Source: an uncultured Acidimicrobiales bacterium
GTDB taxonomy: Bacteria > Actinomycetota > Acidimicrobiia > Acidimicrobiales > SZUA-35
Assembly (NCBI GenBank): GCA_937925335.1
Contig: CALEWY010000012.1
Location: 14,137-78,136, forward strand
Direction of reading: 5' to 3'
Length of the DNA stretch: 64,000 nucleotides
Part shown: positions 63,593 to 64,000 of the stretch, in pieces
Layout: every line of letters begins with the position of its first letter
Numbering within the stretch: position 1 is the stretch's first letter
Position numbers and translations under genes: made by a program
Notes under the pieces: model-generated
What the model was told of the DNA's origin: nothing
The model's database searches: none
What the model saw: only the letters and a program-made list of their open reading frames with translations

Positions 63593-64000
63593 ATGCCCCC
63601 GGTACTTCCCCAACTTGTGAATCGACTCACGTCACCCGTCCGCGGCCTTGCCGTTCTGTTCTGTCTCGCGCTTGCCCTTTCAGCCTGTGGCAGCGACAGC
63701 ACCACCACGAGCGCCGACGCGTCGCAGTCCCCCGACTCGCTTTCTGACTCCGACACCGACGTCGACACCGATGCCGAAAACGCCGCCGACGCCGAGGGAG
63801 AGGATGACGACCACGGCGACGAAGATCACGATGGCGAAGAGCACGACGAGGACCACGAGGGCGAAGACCACGACGATCACGACGACGAGTCCGGATCACT
63901 CGGCGCTCATGAACATGGAACCGCCGAGATGACCATCGCTTGGGTCGACGGGGATCTCACGATCGACATGATCAGCCCGAACTTCAACGTCTTTGGCTTC
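63593..64000 (+). CDS. DUF2796 (ZrgA-like) metal-binding lipoprotein, 5' part (runs off the right edge)
   Basis: A GGAGA SD precedes ATG 63593. Hand translation gives MPPVLPQLVNRLTSPVRGLAVLFCLALALSACGSD..., then an Asp/His-rich tract, then HEHGTAEMTIAWVDGDLTIDMISPNFNVFGF. Confidence 0.6.
   Translation, partial: MPPVLPQLVNRLTSPVRGLAVLFCLALALSACGSDSTTTSADASQSPDSLSDSDTDVDTDAENAADAEGEDDDHGDEDHDGEEHDEDHEGEDHDDHDDESGSLGAHEHGTAEMTIAWVDGDLTIDMISPNFNVFGF

Overview
GC-rich, densely coding chromosomal segment. Codon usage and gene families look actinobacterial, possibly Acidimicrobiia-like, but this is an inference from reading the sequence. I support about 58 protein-coding genes, two decayed genes, several repeat families and a few regulatory sites. 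I saw no rRNA, tRNA, CRISPR array, transposase or integrase. In order, the window holds: an amino-acid ABC transporter operon; two ECF sigma/anti-sigma pairs; a PEP-utilizing-domain enzyme; SDRs and TetR regulators; an ars-type island (ArsR, an ArsI/CadI-rhodanese fusion, an ACR3-like permease, then a frameshifted glutamine-synthetase-family gene); a partner/hydrolase/lipoprotein triad resembling a type VII-style lipase toxin module; dcp, a DinB-family gene and a GH25 muramidase; a large secreted DUF5060 glycoside-hydrolase-like protein; a DUF937-FAS1-OmpA mosaic protein; GST, MBL and Ldh_2 genes; a 7-TM double PQ-loop (SWEET-like) protein next to a CGNR regulator; a pyruvoyl arginine decarboxylase with a class V aminotransferase; pyrE, ybaK-like, trmH-like and pheA; an M23 peptidase; an rRNA methyltransferase, cobB, a fatty-acid hydroxylase and an FAH-family gene; an NHL/DUF4214 protein flanked by 63-bp perfect direct repeats; a TetR-MMPL pair; and a zinc-uptake locus (znuC, znuA, znuB, ZrgA-like) with a Fur-family box. 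The most interesting candidates are the lipase effector triad (16058..18608) and the ECF sigma/anti-sigma pair whose sensor domain reuses modules of the adjacent hydrolase (22910..28631). All family assignments come from motif recognition by eye, with no searches run.
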